Positions 1-14,589 of a DNA stretch of 64,000 bases are shown one piece after another (the first letter of the stretch is position 1; each line of letters opens with the position of its first letter). The position numbers were made by a program, and so were the translations under genes. The notes beneath the pieces were generated by a model that worked only from the letters and a program-made list of their open reading frames with translations, was not told the origin of the DNA and searched no databases. Source of the stretch: Octopus vulgaris. Lineage: Eukaryota. Location: the NCBI GenBank assembly GCA_951406725.2, contig OX597840.1, positions 40,163,844 to 40,227,843 of the forward strand, given 5' to 3'.

Positions 1-239
1 TTTGAATGGAACTAATTTTCTGCAATATTTGCTGTAGTTATCGTTTCCTATAGTTCTTCCTTTCAGCCAATCTTTAAATCCATATTATTCCACTAGAAGT
101 GAAACTAAACAACGAAGAAGAAAGAAACAAAAGAAAATAATAAATGAATAAATAAATAAACGGAGAAAACAAATAAAATTTACGTATAAATAAAAGATGA
201 AAATGAAGAAAATCAATTTTAAAATAAAGGCAAGCAGTG

Positions 240-507
240 AAATAACAGTGTATGTGTGCGTGTATGTGCGTGTGTGCATGTGTGTGTGATTTTGTTTCCA
301 TGTTTAAATATATAAACATATATATTTATATACATAAATACATAACTATATATATATATATATATATATATAAAAACGTAAGTATACATACATATATACG
401 CATATATATAATATGCATACATTCATGCATATATATTTATATATGTGTATATATTTATACATATGCGTATATAAATATATATATTTTTATATGTGTATGT
501 ATTTATA

Positions 508-548
<41 letters not shown>

Positions 549-741
549 GTGCATATATTTATATATATGCGTATATATATATATATATGTGTGTGTATAA
601 AATATACACATTTATATATACTTATTTATATATAACATGATTACATACATAGATTCATTTATGTGTATATATATATATATATATACATACGTACATACAT
701 ACATACACACAAACATTCATGCTTACGTGTATACATATACG

Positions 742-797
<56 letters not shown>

Positions 798-805
798 CAT
801 ACACA
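240..805. repeat. Compound (TG)n/(TA)n/(CATA)n microsatellite region
   Basis: Direct reading; source of the spurious YI/CV ORFs. Confidence 0.95.
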
Positions 806-1701
806 AATTCATGTTATCTCTCCAAGAGCATTAATAGATTCTTTTAATGTAGCAGAATTTAGCTATTTCGCGCAACACTGCAACTTGGAATACAGGTCAG
901 AGTTTAGGAAAAAAAAATGGAAATAGTGTTCATATCTCTGCATTATGGTTGTAACACTGAGTTCTGGAGTAAAGTGTATGCCTACATAATTTACGCTATC
1001 AGATCTGGTAGTTTATAAGCAAGCAAGTGAGAAGCCAAACGGTTTCATGTAGAACAGAGGAAGATAAATTTTTAGCATTTCACGGCTTGGCAATGAATGA
1101 GATAAAAGTATATAAAATTGTATCCGTTGAAGAATGAAGGTTTTGTTGACTAACCCTATGTTGGCCTGCCGCATTTTTAAGGCAGGTAGATTTCCGAGGT
1201 TTTATGAAATAATTTAGTGCTGTTCATCATGATAATATACCTGTGAGCAAGGTATTGTATCGTTTATAGTTGCGAAGAAGAGAAACAAATATGGCCGCTG
1301 TAACGTAAGTAGAATGTCGTTCAGTGTATTTCTTATCGTAAACCTTCAAACAGTTTTGAGGCAATGAGTTGAATAAAATTGTCACGATAAGTCACATCAA
1401 GTGAGCGGAAATAGATTGTTAGAAGCATAGACAAGCTTTGCAATTCATGGTCGTTTGTGTAATGGTAAATAAACCTGCCTGTTTTGCAGAAGAACGGTGA
1501 TGAATATGCCGCCAAAGAAGGGAAAGAGATAGGTACTTGACAAATAAAAGTGAATGAGATAGCGGTGTACTGCAGAAGGTTGCTTGCACAGCCACGTGAC
1601 TGCCGGATCGCCCAAGCTGCAAGGAATCTTCGGCGAATTATCCCTCACCTTGCTTCACATTGTTGACACTGCTGCCGGTCGTACATACGTATGCATGTAT
1701 G

Positions 1702-1901
<200 letters not shown>

Positions 1902-1902
1902 A

Positions 1903-2300
1903 AGGCGGTTAGCTGGCAGAAACGTTAGCACGTCGGGCGAAATGCTTAGCGGTATTTCGTCTGTCGTTACGTTCTGAGTTCAAATTCCGCCGAGGTCGAC
2001 TTTGCCTTTCATCCTTTCGGGGTCGATAAATTAAGTACCATTCACGCACTGGGGTCGATGTAATCGACTTAATATCTATGTCTATCCTTGTTTGTCCTCT
2101 CTATGTTTAGCCCCTTGTGGGTAATAAAGAAATAGGTATTTCGTCTGTCGTTACGTTCTGAGTTTGCTTTTTATCCTTTTGGGGTCGATAAATTAAGTAC
2201 CAGTTACGCGCTGGAGTCGATGTAATCGACTTAATCCTTTTGACTGTCCTTGTTTGTTCCCTCTATGTTTAGCCCCTTGTGGGCAATAAAGAAATAAGAT
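1903..2300 (+). mobile_element. tRNA-derived SINE family B (Nin/Deu-like central domain), two tandem internal units
   Basis: Head AGGCGGTTAGCTGGCAGAAACGTTAGC, B-box-like GAGTTCAAATTCC, core GCCTTTCATCCTTTCGGGGTCGATAAATTAAGTACC; body restarts at 2137 (184-bp period). Confidence 0.88.
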
Positions 2301-2304
2301 ATAT

Positions 2305-2553
2305 TGGTACTATTGGCTTTAAATTTTGGCCCAATGCGAGTAATTTCGGAGGAAGAGGTAAGTCGATTATATCGGCCCCCAGTGTTCAGCTAGTCCTTAT
2401 TTTATTGACTCCCACCTACTCTACGCACACACACACAAAGGATGGAAGGAAGTGGCCGCCACTTCTGATTTTTAACTCAGTTTGTATAAACGAGCGAAAC
2501 GCCCCTAAGCATTTTACCCAGCGCGGTAACGAATCAGCTTCTTCACCGCCTTC
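2305..2553 (-). mobile_element. Degenerate SINE family B copy
   Basis: Reverse complement gives a GGCGGTGAAGAAGCTGATTCGTTACC head and a GGGGCCGATATAATCGACTTACC body. Confidence 0.65.
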
Positions 2554-3029
2554 AGGACGTTGATATTAAATGAAGTGTTAAACTTAGGGTTCCCGCCCTT
2601 CTTTTTAGGCATTGGACCTCTTGTGTGATTGGGCAAATGGATGTCAACATCTCCGATGAAAGCTTAATGTGGTTTGGCAAATCGAATAACCTCGATCCTC
2701 ATTTTTTCAAACTATTATCATATCGATAGATAAAATTGCCTCTGTGTCTGTGTGTTTAAACGTGTGTGTGCATATGTGTGTGTGCATATGTGTGTGTGTG
2801 TATATGTGTGTGTGTGTGCATATGCGTGCGTGCGTGTGTAGGAGTGTGTGTGTGTTTGGAAACATTAATCAAAAAGCTCACAAACTAAGACAAAATCTTT
2901 GGAAAAAGTTAGTGACATTTTAATAAAAGATTTTGTAACTTTTTCAAAGAATGATTTTTATTAAAGAATCCCCTATGTATCTAAAAACTATATTAAGTAA
3001 TTTTAAAAAAGACTGTCACAAATATATTT

Positions 3030-3075
<46 letters not shown>

Positions 3076-3085
3076 GACAGTCTTT

Positions 3086-3125
<40 letters not shown>

Positions 3126-3233
3126 TTAAGTAGGTGAATGAATTATCCTATGTTTATCGTCAGCATGGAAACATAAGTCGAGAGTAAAGGAATTTTGTTA
3201 ACATATTCGTTCGACTCCATTCTGTCATTTATT

Positions 3234-3299
<66 letters not shown>

Positions 3300-3302
<3 letters not shown>

Positions 3303-3560
3303 ATCCAAGCATGAAAACACCAAGAGAAAACACAACAACGCGTGGACGTGGAACAAGTATAGTGTTATTGGACGCTCAGGAAAGAAGAAAAGAAGGAGGG
3401 TTTAACGTTTCGAGCGGAGCTCTTCGTTAGAAACGTAAGAAAAGGAAAGATCCAAAGAAGGGAAGACGGAGGAAAAAAAATTAGCAAGAAGCGTCAAGGA
3501 TGCAGAGAGCATCAACCTATTTAGAAATAAGTGCTAAAGTCTCAATTCATTCGAATTTAT
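3300..3560 (-). mobile_element. Penelope-like pLTR fragment with a defective minimal hammerhead motif at 3400-3434
   Basis: Minus strand GUUU-CUAACGA-A-GAGC-UCC-GCUC-GAAAC-GUU-AAAC (G5 mutated); inserted between (TA)n tracts. Confidence 0.65.
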
Positions 3561-3586
3561 TTTCTTATATATATCTGTATATATAC

Positions 3587-3667
<81 letters not shown>

Positions 3668-3855
3668 CAAGGAAAAATTATAAAAAGGCAGAATGCTAGA
3701 TTGAAAGAAAATTTTAATGAAAATGGGTGTATGGAAAATTTTGAATATATATATATATTCACTTACGTATTATTCTTCATATCTATGTTAATATGTGATA
3801 CGAAAATTTACTGCGATATTCTCCCCGAGACGATATCATATGAACGTTCTCTATG

Positions 3856-3917
<62 letters not shown>

Positions 3918-4378
3918 TATGTGTGTGTACATATGTAGTCATACATACATATACATTATTTAGAAGAGTAGAGTAGGATTGATAACCAAACAGAAAGCCA
4001 TAAATAATAACCAAAAATAGTTGTGACACAGAAACACGTTCACCGACCGTTGTCGAGACTTAGCTGAGAGCGATTCCATTTCAAACGATAAAACGAAAGG
4101 TTCCCGCCAGTCTGTCGCAGAACCGGAGTTCTTGTGAACAACAATACCAGCTTACGTGGAATGCATTAGTATTTCTTGACGTTTGTGGCTTTTTACGACA
4201 AACCCGAAAAACAAGGATCTTGTGTGATAAAATGTTGAAGCGACCGACAGTCGGGAACCAACGTGCAACTTTTAAATTTGATCAATTCTTGCTCGGGTTT
4301 TTGATAGCGAGCGGTTGTTGTTTAATATTCTGCGCGTTTTCATTGTTTGTTTATTACGGTATTGTTTTATGTGTGTGT

Positions 4379-4441
<63 letters not shown>

Positions 4442-4662
4442 TGTGTGTGTGTGTAAGACTATAGTTGTTTCACTGAATTATTTCAAAAAATGAGAAAGGA
4501 AAAAAAAATGGGGTTAGACTACAATAAAAACACTAATAAATTTAAAAACCGTTTTGAAAAATAATGCTATGTTACGGCACTCTATATTTGGCAGTCTTTT
4601 TTATTCTATTTCAGATAGATCAGGAATTGTGTCTCGTCTCATGCGAATTTGAAACGCGCACG

Positions 4663-4698
<36 letters not shown>

Positions 4699-4730
4699 TA
4701 GATATATATACACACATATATATATATATA

Positions 4731-4778
<48 letters not shown>

Positions 4779-4854
4779 ATATATATATAGGTAGAAACGG
4801 TAAACAAAGGATAATTCATTCATCCATTTAAATATGTATATATATATATATATA

Positions 4855-5126
4855 TTTCGTTTGGGATTTGGTTTGCAAGATTCTTTATGCGAGTTCGTGT
4901 GTTGAAGCATATTCTGTTGTGTCTGGGGAGAGTCATTCTCTTTTGGAGCCTTATAATTTAACACACTCACCGGTAAAATTTCCACTTATTTCTTTTTGCT
5001 ATTGAAAAGGTCGCAAGAAGCAACGAAAATTTTAGAAAAATAAAAAAAGAAATAAGTGGAAATTTTACCGGTGCGTGTGTTAAATTAGAAGGCACCAAAG
5101 GAGAATGACTCTCCCCAGAAACAACA

Positions 5127-5132
<6 letters not shown>
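4855..5132. mobile_element. Fold-back Penelope-like fragment (inverted arms 4909-4997 / 5043-5132) with hammerhead-like spacer
   Basis: About 90-bp inverted repeat; the spacer reads CUA-UUGAAAA-G-GUCGC-AAGAA-GCAAC-GAAAAUUU-UAG. Confidence 0.7.
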
Positions 5133-5173
<41 letters not shown>

Positions 5174-5346
5174 AATAACAATTTATATATAAAGAGACGA
5201 ACACAGAAAACAGACAGGTCATTCGAAGCCTTTAATCTTCAGTCAGAAACCGGATCATCATAGCAAATTTCGACTGATTAATTCTGATATTTTCTCCAAC
5301 ACGGCCAGCCCCAAGGAAAAACTAAGCTGTGAGCATTAGATTTCTT

Positions 5347-5402
<56 letters not shown>

Positions 5403-5612
5403 TAACTTATAAACAAGAGCAAAAGAAAAAAATTCCAATGCCAAATATGCCGAAAATAGACTTAAATCGTCAATAACCATATAATTCATCACTCTAAGCA
5501 CGCGTCTCGAAACAAGCCGACAGAACTTATAAGTTGTTTAAAATATCTTTAAAGGTATTTTTTAATATACTGGCCACTGATAATTTTTTATCGAAAATCT
5601 TATCCTCTATTA

Positions 5613-5679
<67 letters not shown>

Positions 5680-6012
5680 TTCTGTTATTCTTTTATTCGT
5701 TTAGTTCTTTCAGCCATTTGATTGCAGCCATGCTGGAGCAACGCTGGACTTACAGGAAACTAGCTGGTTGCTAAAGCAACAACTTCCCGCGCATGCCTAA
5801 TCCACATACACTTACACACATGCACATCTGCAACATTCGTTAATTTATTGAGGATGGAGTCATAACCCCGAAATATTGAATGCAATGTAAGTTTACATTA
5901 ATTCATATATTGGTTTTCTTGTGATTTGCCTTGCTTTTACCTCGCATTACTCTAGACTTACCCACAATCCTTTATGCAATATATTCTACGCAATGCTTCT
6001 TAGTAAAATTCC

Positions 6013-6064
<52 letters not shown>

Positions 6065-6179
6065 AGAGACAGAGACAGGCAGAAACAAGGAAAATGCCAC
6101 TTGTATTTGAACACTATACAAATATTCTTTTAAAAAAACTTTTCTTTTAATTTTTCTAAATTTAATTATCTAATTGTTA

Positions 6180-6215
6180 CAGTTGAAAAAGTCTCAATGA
6201 CTGAAACCGGTACTG
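6180..6215 (+). ncRNA. Minimal type-I hammerhead-like motif, U3:A8 core
   Basis: CAG-UUGAAAA-AGUC-UCAAU-GACU-GAAAC-CG-GUA-CUG; all three helices pair. Confidence 0.6.
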
Positions 6216-6263
6216 AAATGTTTTTCATAAAATTATTTTAGCATTTTCTATCTTGACCTTTTT

Positions 6264-6297
<34 letters not shown>

Positions 6298-7124
6298 GTG
6301 TGTGTATGTATGTATGTATGTATGTATGTATGTATGTATGTATGTATGTATGTATGTATATACCAAGGGAAGATGAAAGAGGCAAAATCGGCTTAGCAGG
6401 AACGGACTTCAAAGAAGTCAAAGGACTAAGCCGATTTCGCCTCACAAACGTTCGCACACACACACACACAGAAACACACGCACACACACGCACACACACA
6501 CACACGTACGCACACACACACAGAAGCGTACTTCTATAGATGTGTTTTCTGTCTCGCTGAACGAAGCTTCAGCATTAGACATGGTGGAAATACGATGGAT
6601 TAAATTGCTGGACAAGTATCTAAAAATACACCGAGGTTGACTCAGATTGTTCTATAAGATTGGTTTGTTTGGCTTAATCTATGGCTGAAAGTTTTCACTA
6701 GAGCAGTTGGGCGTTATTTTTTTATAAATTGATTATTTTGAGCTAAATATTTACTGAAATCTTCTGATTCAGTTTGTCCAAGATTTCGGTTGAATGTTTC
6801 CTGAATATATCTTCTTGCAACTCCTAAGCAATTGAGGTAAAGAACGAGCCACGTACATTTGCCATCTTCTCTGTAAATTCCACCGTTAATAGTGTTAAAT
6901 ATATTATCATTGAAATCCATACGTATTTCAATTAAATTCGAAATGTTCTCAGATAACCTGATATTGTGGATACGTGTCAGTGATCAGGTCGCAGATGGCT
7001 CGACGGAAAATCATAAATGTATAAGGGAATATAACAGTTTTGTGCATTTTTGAATTTATCTAAAATGTATCTCCTGCGTTGTATTATTTTCACATTAAAA
7101 TTCTTTGCCAGTTAAGTACTATTT

Positions 7125-7965
7125 TTTAAATCTAGTTTCAGCTCGCGAGCTGTGGCCATGCTGGGGCACCGCCATTTTGTGTTGCTACATAATTTTACAT
7201 CACGAATGCTTTTTAGGAATCGACATTTGGTGCATGAGGAAATTTGAAGCCGCTGGCTTCATCTGCACCTCCTGCTGCAAAGTTGGTTCATCTGGGACAC
7301 TTGACAGGAAGAGATCCAGCTTTATTTTGAAGATACCTACATCCACCCTGTGCAGTTCTCTCAGGTCCTTCGGGAGGATATTGAAGACCTGTGGGCCTCT
7401 GAAGCCCAGGCTATCGCAGTATCTTGTCCTACATTTTGATGGCAAATTTGGAGTCCTTGGCACTATGCAGTGGCGGCCAGTTCTAATATTTGAGTAACTT
7501 TCGATTGCAAAATTTGGGACAATCTCTTGAGTCTTTCCCAATAGCTTATATGCTACATAGAGGCGGCGATCTGGCCGAATCGTTAGCACGCCGGGCGAAA
7601 TGCGTAGCCGTATTTCGTCTGCCGTTACGTTCTGCGTTCAAATCCCGCCGAGGTCGACTTTGCCTTTTATTCTTTCGGGGTCGATAAATAAAGTACCAGT
7701 TACGCACTGGGGTCGATGTAATCGACTTAACGCCTTTGCCTGTCTTTGTTTGTCCCCTCTATGTTTAGCCCTTTGTGGGCAGTAAAGAAATATATATGCT
7801 GCATAGAGGCTATCGTCTTCGTGTAGCTTCGTTGGATTTGCCTCAAGTTCTGAGATTAATTTGACACTGGTTGGTGACCATAGCTGAGAGCAATAGTGAA
7901 AGTGGCTTTGGACAAGTGTCCTCCAGAGGACCATCATGATTTCCTGATTTCTCGTTCTAAAAGTT
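7125..7965 (-). mobile_element. CR1/L2-group LINE 3' fragment (pseudogenised RT C-terminus plus 3' tail), interrupted by a SINE
   Basis: FRTRNQEIMMVLWRTLVQSHFHYCSQLWSP..., SYWERLK, RGPQVFNILPKDLR...FKIKLDLFLSSVPDEP; 3' tail GGCGGTGCCCCAGCATGGCCACAGCTCGCGAGCTGAAAC. Confidence 0.85.
7561..7792 (+). mobile_element. SINE family B, monomeric, nested in the LINE with a target-site duplication
   Basis: Head and Nin-like core as at 1903; flanked by TATATGCT(A/G)CATAG at 7547-7560 and 7793-7806. Confidence 0.9.
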
Positions 7966-8412
7966 CTATATAAAAAGAACATAACGAAATACGTGAATTA
8001 GATTTGAAATATTGATACCTGAGCAATATGGTCCAATATTTCATGTAGCCAACCATCGTACATATGCCACCATGATAAGGAAATATTAATTTAAACGATA
8101 TATCGACCACATGGTTGTTCGACCAAATCACTGGTAGATCACATTCCCCTAACTTCAAAAATATAAAAGCAGCAACGTATGGAGTAATATCTGAGATTAA
8201 TCGTCTGGAAAGAGAGGATGGTCACGGTTAGACTACATTTCATTATAGGCTTCATCAGCAACGGTTGGCCTGATGCTAACCAACAACGACAGGAAAAAAA
8301 CATTTTATGTAATCATATAAATATACTTTTTTTTATATAATGTAGAGAGGTTGACCAACTTGTGACAGCGTGATGAAGGCGTCATATATATTTTAATTTA
8401 TAATGGTCGCAT

Positions 8413-8455
<43 letters not shown>

Positions 8456-8565
8456 TTGTGTGTGTGTGTGTCTATAATATGTGTATTTATAAATGTTTAT
8501 ATATATACATATATATATATATGTATATTTACATATGTATATATATATATATATATATATACATA

Positions 8566-8622
8566 TTGATTTTGATTTTGATTTTTCCAGTTTCAGCTAC
8601 TGAGCTGTGGCCATGCTGGGGC
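8566..8622 (-). mobile_element. Isolated 3' tail of the CR1-like LINE family
   Basis: GCCCCAGCATGGCCACAGCTCAGTAGCTGAAACTGG followed by (AAAATC)n, matching 7132-7173. Confidence 0.65.
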
Positions 8623-8702
<80 letters not shown>

Positions 8703-8706
8703 CACC

Positions 8707-8744
<38 letters not shown>

Positions 8745-9235
8745 CATATATATATACATACATACATATATATATATATATACATACATACATATATATA
8801 TATATATAAATACATACATATATATATATATATACATACATATATATATATATGCATATATATGTATGTATGTATGGAAGAATGATGTATGTATGTATAT
8901 ATGTATGTATGTATGTATGTATCTATGTATGTATGTAGGCATCTATGTATGTATATGTGTGTGTATGTATAGAGTGTTAGAAATGGTGTACAGTTATTGA
9001 ATATTGAGGAAACAGGAGGTCGCCAGAATTTTGGAAAAAGAACTTTTTCCTTTACTCATTATTATTAGCGCTTTCGTTCGCTTTTCGAACTTGTCAAATA
9101 AATTATTTTTCTCTGAATGTACTAACAGGTTGTATATTTATATGAAACAGATGTTTTCTTTGTTTTGTTTAGAAGACGATAACAATGTTTTGGCCTTTTT
9201 GCTTTGTTTTCGGGGAGTGAGGTTCAAGACAATGG

Positions 9236-9918
<683 letters not shown>

Positions 9919-10168
9919 GGGGGTGGGTGGGAATGGCCCCTTCAATTTTGACTCCCATTCATATATTTATTTATTTATTTATTTAGTCATTTACTATTCT
10001 ATTGAAATGAAATCAAGAATGGTGATCTCTCCTAGGACGGGATGCAGCCATCGCTGGGAATAGTTTTCTGTCTTTTTTCTTCCTTTTCTTAAGAAGAAAA
10101 AGAAGAAACAAAGGAAAAACCAGAAAAAAGGGAAAAAATGACAATATAATGCTCTCAGTGATGACCGC

Positions 10169-10250
10169 TCACCATCCTAGGAGAGATCACCATCCTAGGA
10201 GAGATCACCATCCTAGGAGAGATCACCATCCTAGGAGAGATCACCATCCT
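10169..10250. repeat. 18-bp minisatellite TCACCATCCTAGGAGAGA x4.5
   Basis: Perfect head-to-tail copies with no spacers. Confidence 0.95.
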
Positions 10251-10549
10251 TGAATTCATTTCAATAAATAGTAAATGACTGAATAAATAAATGAGTGGAT
10301 GTCAAAACTGAAGGAGGGGTCCTTTCCTCTCCCTCTCACTACCAACCTACCAACCTACCTATTTCCATTGTCCTGGAACCTCTCGCCAAAAAACAAGAAA
10401 GCAAAAGCAATATTCTTCTTTTCTAGACAAAACAGTAAATAAACAACCTGTTTGTACGTTCACAAGAAAAATTTATTTGACAAGTTCGAAGAACGAATGA
10501 AAGCGCTAATAATAATCTATAAAGAAAAAATTTTTTTTCCTAAATTCTG

Positions 10550-10599
<50 letters not shown>

Positions 10600-10601
<2 letters not shown>

Positions 10602-10999
10602 CGCAGGAGTGGCTTGCTAACCAACCACATGGTTCCGGGTTCAGTCCCACTGCGTGGCATCTTGGACAAGTGTCTTCTGCTATAGCCCCGGGGCGACCAA
10701 TGCCTTGTGAGTGGATTTGGTAACGGAAACGGAAAGAAGCCTGTCGTATATATGTATATATATATATGTATGTGTGTGTGTGTGTGTTTGTCTGTCTGTG
10801 TTTGTCCTCCTGGCATTGCTTGACAACCGATGCTGGTGTGTTTACTTCCCCGTCACTTAACGGTTCGACAAAAGAGACCGATAGAATAAGTACTGGGCTT
10901 ACACAGAATAAGTCCCGGGGTCGATTTGCTCGACTAAAGGCGGTGCTCCAGCATGGTCGCAGTCAAATGACTGAAACAAGTAAAAGAGTAAAAGAGTAA
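10600..10999 (+). mobile_element. tRNA-derived SINE family A (CORE-like central domain), near full length
   Basis: GGCGCAGGAGTGGC head, GGTTCAGTCCC B-box-like, CTTGGACAAGTGTCTTC core, internal TA/TG tract, tail GGCGGTGCTCCAGCATGG...TGACTGAAACAAG(TAAAAGAG)n. Confidence 0.9.
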
Positions 11000-11084
11000 T
11001 ACATACACACACACATGTACACGCACGCACACACCCACACAAACATGTACGTATATATGTTTGTATGTATATATCATTATGTGT

Positions 11085-11300
11085 TTATGTTTTTGTATGC
11101 GTTTGTCAGCCGCCATCGGTGAAGGTGTATTTATGTCCCCGTAAACTTGCGGTTCGACAGACGAAAACGATACAATAAGTATAAGAATTGAAAATAAAGT
11201 CTGCATTGTGATGGATTTCTTCGACTAAACACTTCGACTAAACAATTTGTCCTAGCATGAGCGCAGTCCAATGAATGATACACGAAGAAGATGAAAGATG
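11085..11300 (+). mobile_element. Degenerate 3' half of SINE family A
   Basis: GGTGTATTTATGTCCCCGTAAACTTGCGGTTCGAC...TTCGACTAAAC...CTAGCATGAGCGCAGTCCAATGA. Confidence 0.65.
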
Positions 11301-11559
11301 CGGATGATATGTCGATAACGTTGGATTCTATAGTGGAGGAGATGCCTTTCCTTAAAGGAATGGTGATTCTCTCGTAGATCCGAAGAAACTTCTAAGTCTC
11401 TTCAGTTTTATCTGCTTTATTAGTCGCAGATTCTCAAAAATAAAGAGCTAAACTGGACGGCCATTAATCCCACAGCCTACCGTTCAAAAAGAAAAATGCT
11501 TGGTTGTTCTAGTCCTTTATTCAATACATTTAGTCAATACAATAAATTTTATTGTATTG

Positions 11560-12410
11560 ATTTCTCTTTTCTCTGATGTCCAATAAGCAGAGATACTGAT
11601 ATCAAGAAAATTTGCTTTGGAAACTGCATTAATAAGGTTTGCATATATCTAATTCAAGATATGCAGACGATACTGTTCTGTTTGCCAAAACCGAAGCTGG
11701 AGGGCAAGAAATGATAGAATTGAGAAGGCATGAAATCTGCAAAGTCTCTTTCTCAACTATAAGAAAACTAAAGTCACAGATGTTGGAAAAGAGAAAGCAA
11801 ATGTTAACTTCAAACTAGACCGTGAGAGGCTCGAACAGGTTTAAATGCGCAAGTATATTCGAACACAAATGTCTGATGGGGCCACATGTAAGAGAGAAAT
11901 TAGAATACGGCTAGCCGTGCCAAGAACATCCATGGAAATACACCATAACATTTGCGGTAGCAAAAGTGTTCCGAATTTTTTAAAAACAAGACTTGTGCGA
12001 TCGTTCATTTGGAAAATAGACATTTATAGTTGTGAAGAGAACATAGTATTAGTGTTTGAAATGTGGGCGTACAGGAGAAAGTTACGAGTCTGTTAGAAGG
12101 ATCATGGGATAAATTAATGGGGTTTATAAAAAATAGGTAAAAGACAACATCTGAACATGGTGTAAAAGCAAAATCTCATCTGTTGTGGCCATATTCGAAG
12201 GAGCAGAGGTTTAGGAAATATTATCATAGAAGGAAGAGTAGAGGTTTGTGGATCAAGGAACTCAGAAGGAAGGAAATGGATGAAGCATTATCACCAGTTG
12301 GTTGCACAAGCATGGCGAGGTCGCTGGGGGACACACCTTTAATTGGTAAGACTTTCGTTGTAGTTTTAACAATGTACTGCAAGCCTGTGATGCATGGCAA
12401 TGACGATTAA
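11560..12410 (+). mobile_element. RTE-clade LINE reverse transcriptase 3' fragment, frameshifted
   Basis: RYADDTVLFA catalytic motif near 11660; EIRIRLA, LKTRLVRSFIW..IYSCE, VFEMWAYRRKLRV, GHIRRS...IIIEGRVE are typical of the RTE C-terminus. Confidence 0.82.
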
Positions 12411-12837
12411 CAAGTCAGACATCTCAAATTAGAAGAGAGATGTTTATTCTATCATCCGGCAGTCGCATTTCGAGTGGCAGCAAGCGATTGACAGTACAAG
12501 TATTATCTTGTGTCCTCTCAATACATATTTAAACATTTGGAAGTGAAAAAAAAAACCGTGATGATATCTGGCGTCAATTTATGCTTTCAATGACATTGTG
12601 GCATACACCGCATATATCACACCACTTCATATCAATTTGCCTTTTGCTAGAGTCCGGATACCTTGAGTGTTTGGAGGCTGTAAATCAAAAATATGTTTTC
12701 ACGCTACGTATGGTTTCTGAAAAGCTGTGGCCTATCAATGATATAATGTATTATTAAAATATACATAATATATATGAAAACAAACTATACATAACTGAAC
12801 GATAAATTATGATACCTATATCTCATTTCTTCTCTCT

Positions 12838-12902
<65 letters not shown>

Positions 12903-12906
12903 CGTC

Positions 12907-12937
<31 letters not shown>

Positions 12938-13154
12938 ATTTGTGTGTGTGTCTGTAGTGTGTGCATAAAGAAATAAACACACACACACATATATATATAC
13001 GCAGATAAATATATACACGCGCACACACATATATATATACGAATATGTATTTATGTAAATATATATATATATATATATATATGTATAATATTATACACAT
13101 ATATTTATTTATATACATATATATATTAAACTAGAAAAATTTAATAGAGAGGGC

Positions 13155-13185
<31 letters not shown>

Positions 13186-13467
13186 GCAAACATATATACG
13201 CGTAAATACATCTAAAAAATTAAATATTAATGGTTCTATATAACTAATATCTTGAAATAATGAAGTATTTTGCGTATGTATATATCATATGCATACATGC
13301 GTACATAAACATTGATAGGTAGATAGTGAGAAAGAGAGAGAGAGAGAGAGAGAAAGGAGATTTTACTTATGTACTAGAAACCATATACAAAAACATCAAT
13401 GTTTTGATATATAAGTTGCGACTGCACATCCTTTTCTATATAAGGATGCATGTGTGCGTGTGTTTGT

Positions 13468-13500
<33 letters not shown>

Positions 13501-13679
13501 AGTGTGTGTGTGTTTATTTTCTTACATGGGTACATAAATGTATCTATATGCTCTTAAGAAATTTCAAGGATACGAATGCATAAAAAGGGGGCTTTTAAGC
13601 CTATAGATCAATTTATTCTCATGTAATACTTCGAAATTATCTCAAATGTGTGTATGTGTGGGTGGGTGTGTGTGTGTGT

Positions 13680-13781
13680 GTGTATAGATATATAGGTATT
13701 CGAATATACTAATACGGAGTATTTATATATGTATATATATATATATATAAATATGCGTATATATGTGTATGTGTCTTTGAG

Positions 13782-13836
<55 letters not shown>

Positions 13837-13944
13837 GTATAGATATATAGGTATTTGAATATACAAATACAGAGTATTTGAATATATATATATATATAAA
13901 TATGCGTATATATGTGTATGTGTCTTTGATTATATATATATATA

Positions 13945-13981
<37 letters not shown>

Positions 13982-14052
13982 TGTGTGTGTGTGTGTGCGT
14001 GTGTGTATAAATATATAGGTATTCGAATATACAAATACGGAGTATTTATAAA

Positions 14053-14094
<42 letters not shown>

Positions 14095-14245
14095 GCATAT
14101 ATATATAAATATATGTATGTATATATATATATATATATATATATAAATATGCATATATATATATATATATATATAAATATGCGTATATATGTGTATGTGT
14201 CTTTGAGTATATATATATATGTGTGTGTGTGTGCGTGTGTATATA
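13680..14245. repeat. Higher-order tandem repeat (about 3 units of 155-240 bp) built from microsatellites and unique spacers
   Basis: Recurrent ATATATAGGTATTCGAATATAC.AATAC.GAGTATTT and ATGCGTATATATGTGTATGTGTCTTTGA blocks. Confidence 0.85.
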
Positions 14246-14419
14246 TACATATGTGTGTATGCGCCATTGCACATAGAGAAGTGGGAATATATGAAACACG
14301 TGATTAAAAAAATACACGTAGTTTGATATGTTTGTACACAGTTACACATGAATATATGCTAACTCATATATAAGTTAAATAAATGTCACGCTCCATAATA
14401 TTCCTCATACTCATTTCCG

Positions 14420-14435
14420 AATAATAATGATGATG

Positions 14436-14525
<90 letters not shown>

Positions 14526-14539
14526 GAAATGACAATAAC

Positions 14540-14589
<50 letters not shown>

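Noticed and set aside
1490-1532. Possible 43-nt exon (TTTTGCAG...AG|GTACTT) or MPPKKGKR start
   Set aside because: Splice-like signals only; peptide too short and unrecognised, no partner exons.
10169-10250. Possible CRISPR-like repeat array
   Set aside because: Contiguous 18-bp copies without spacers, no cas genes, eukaryotic context.
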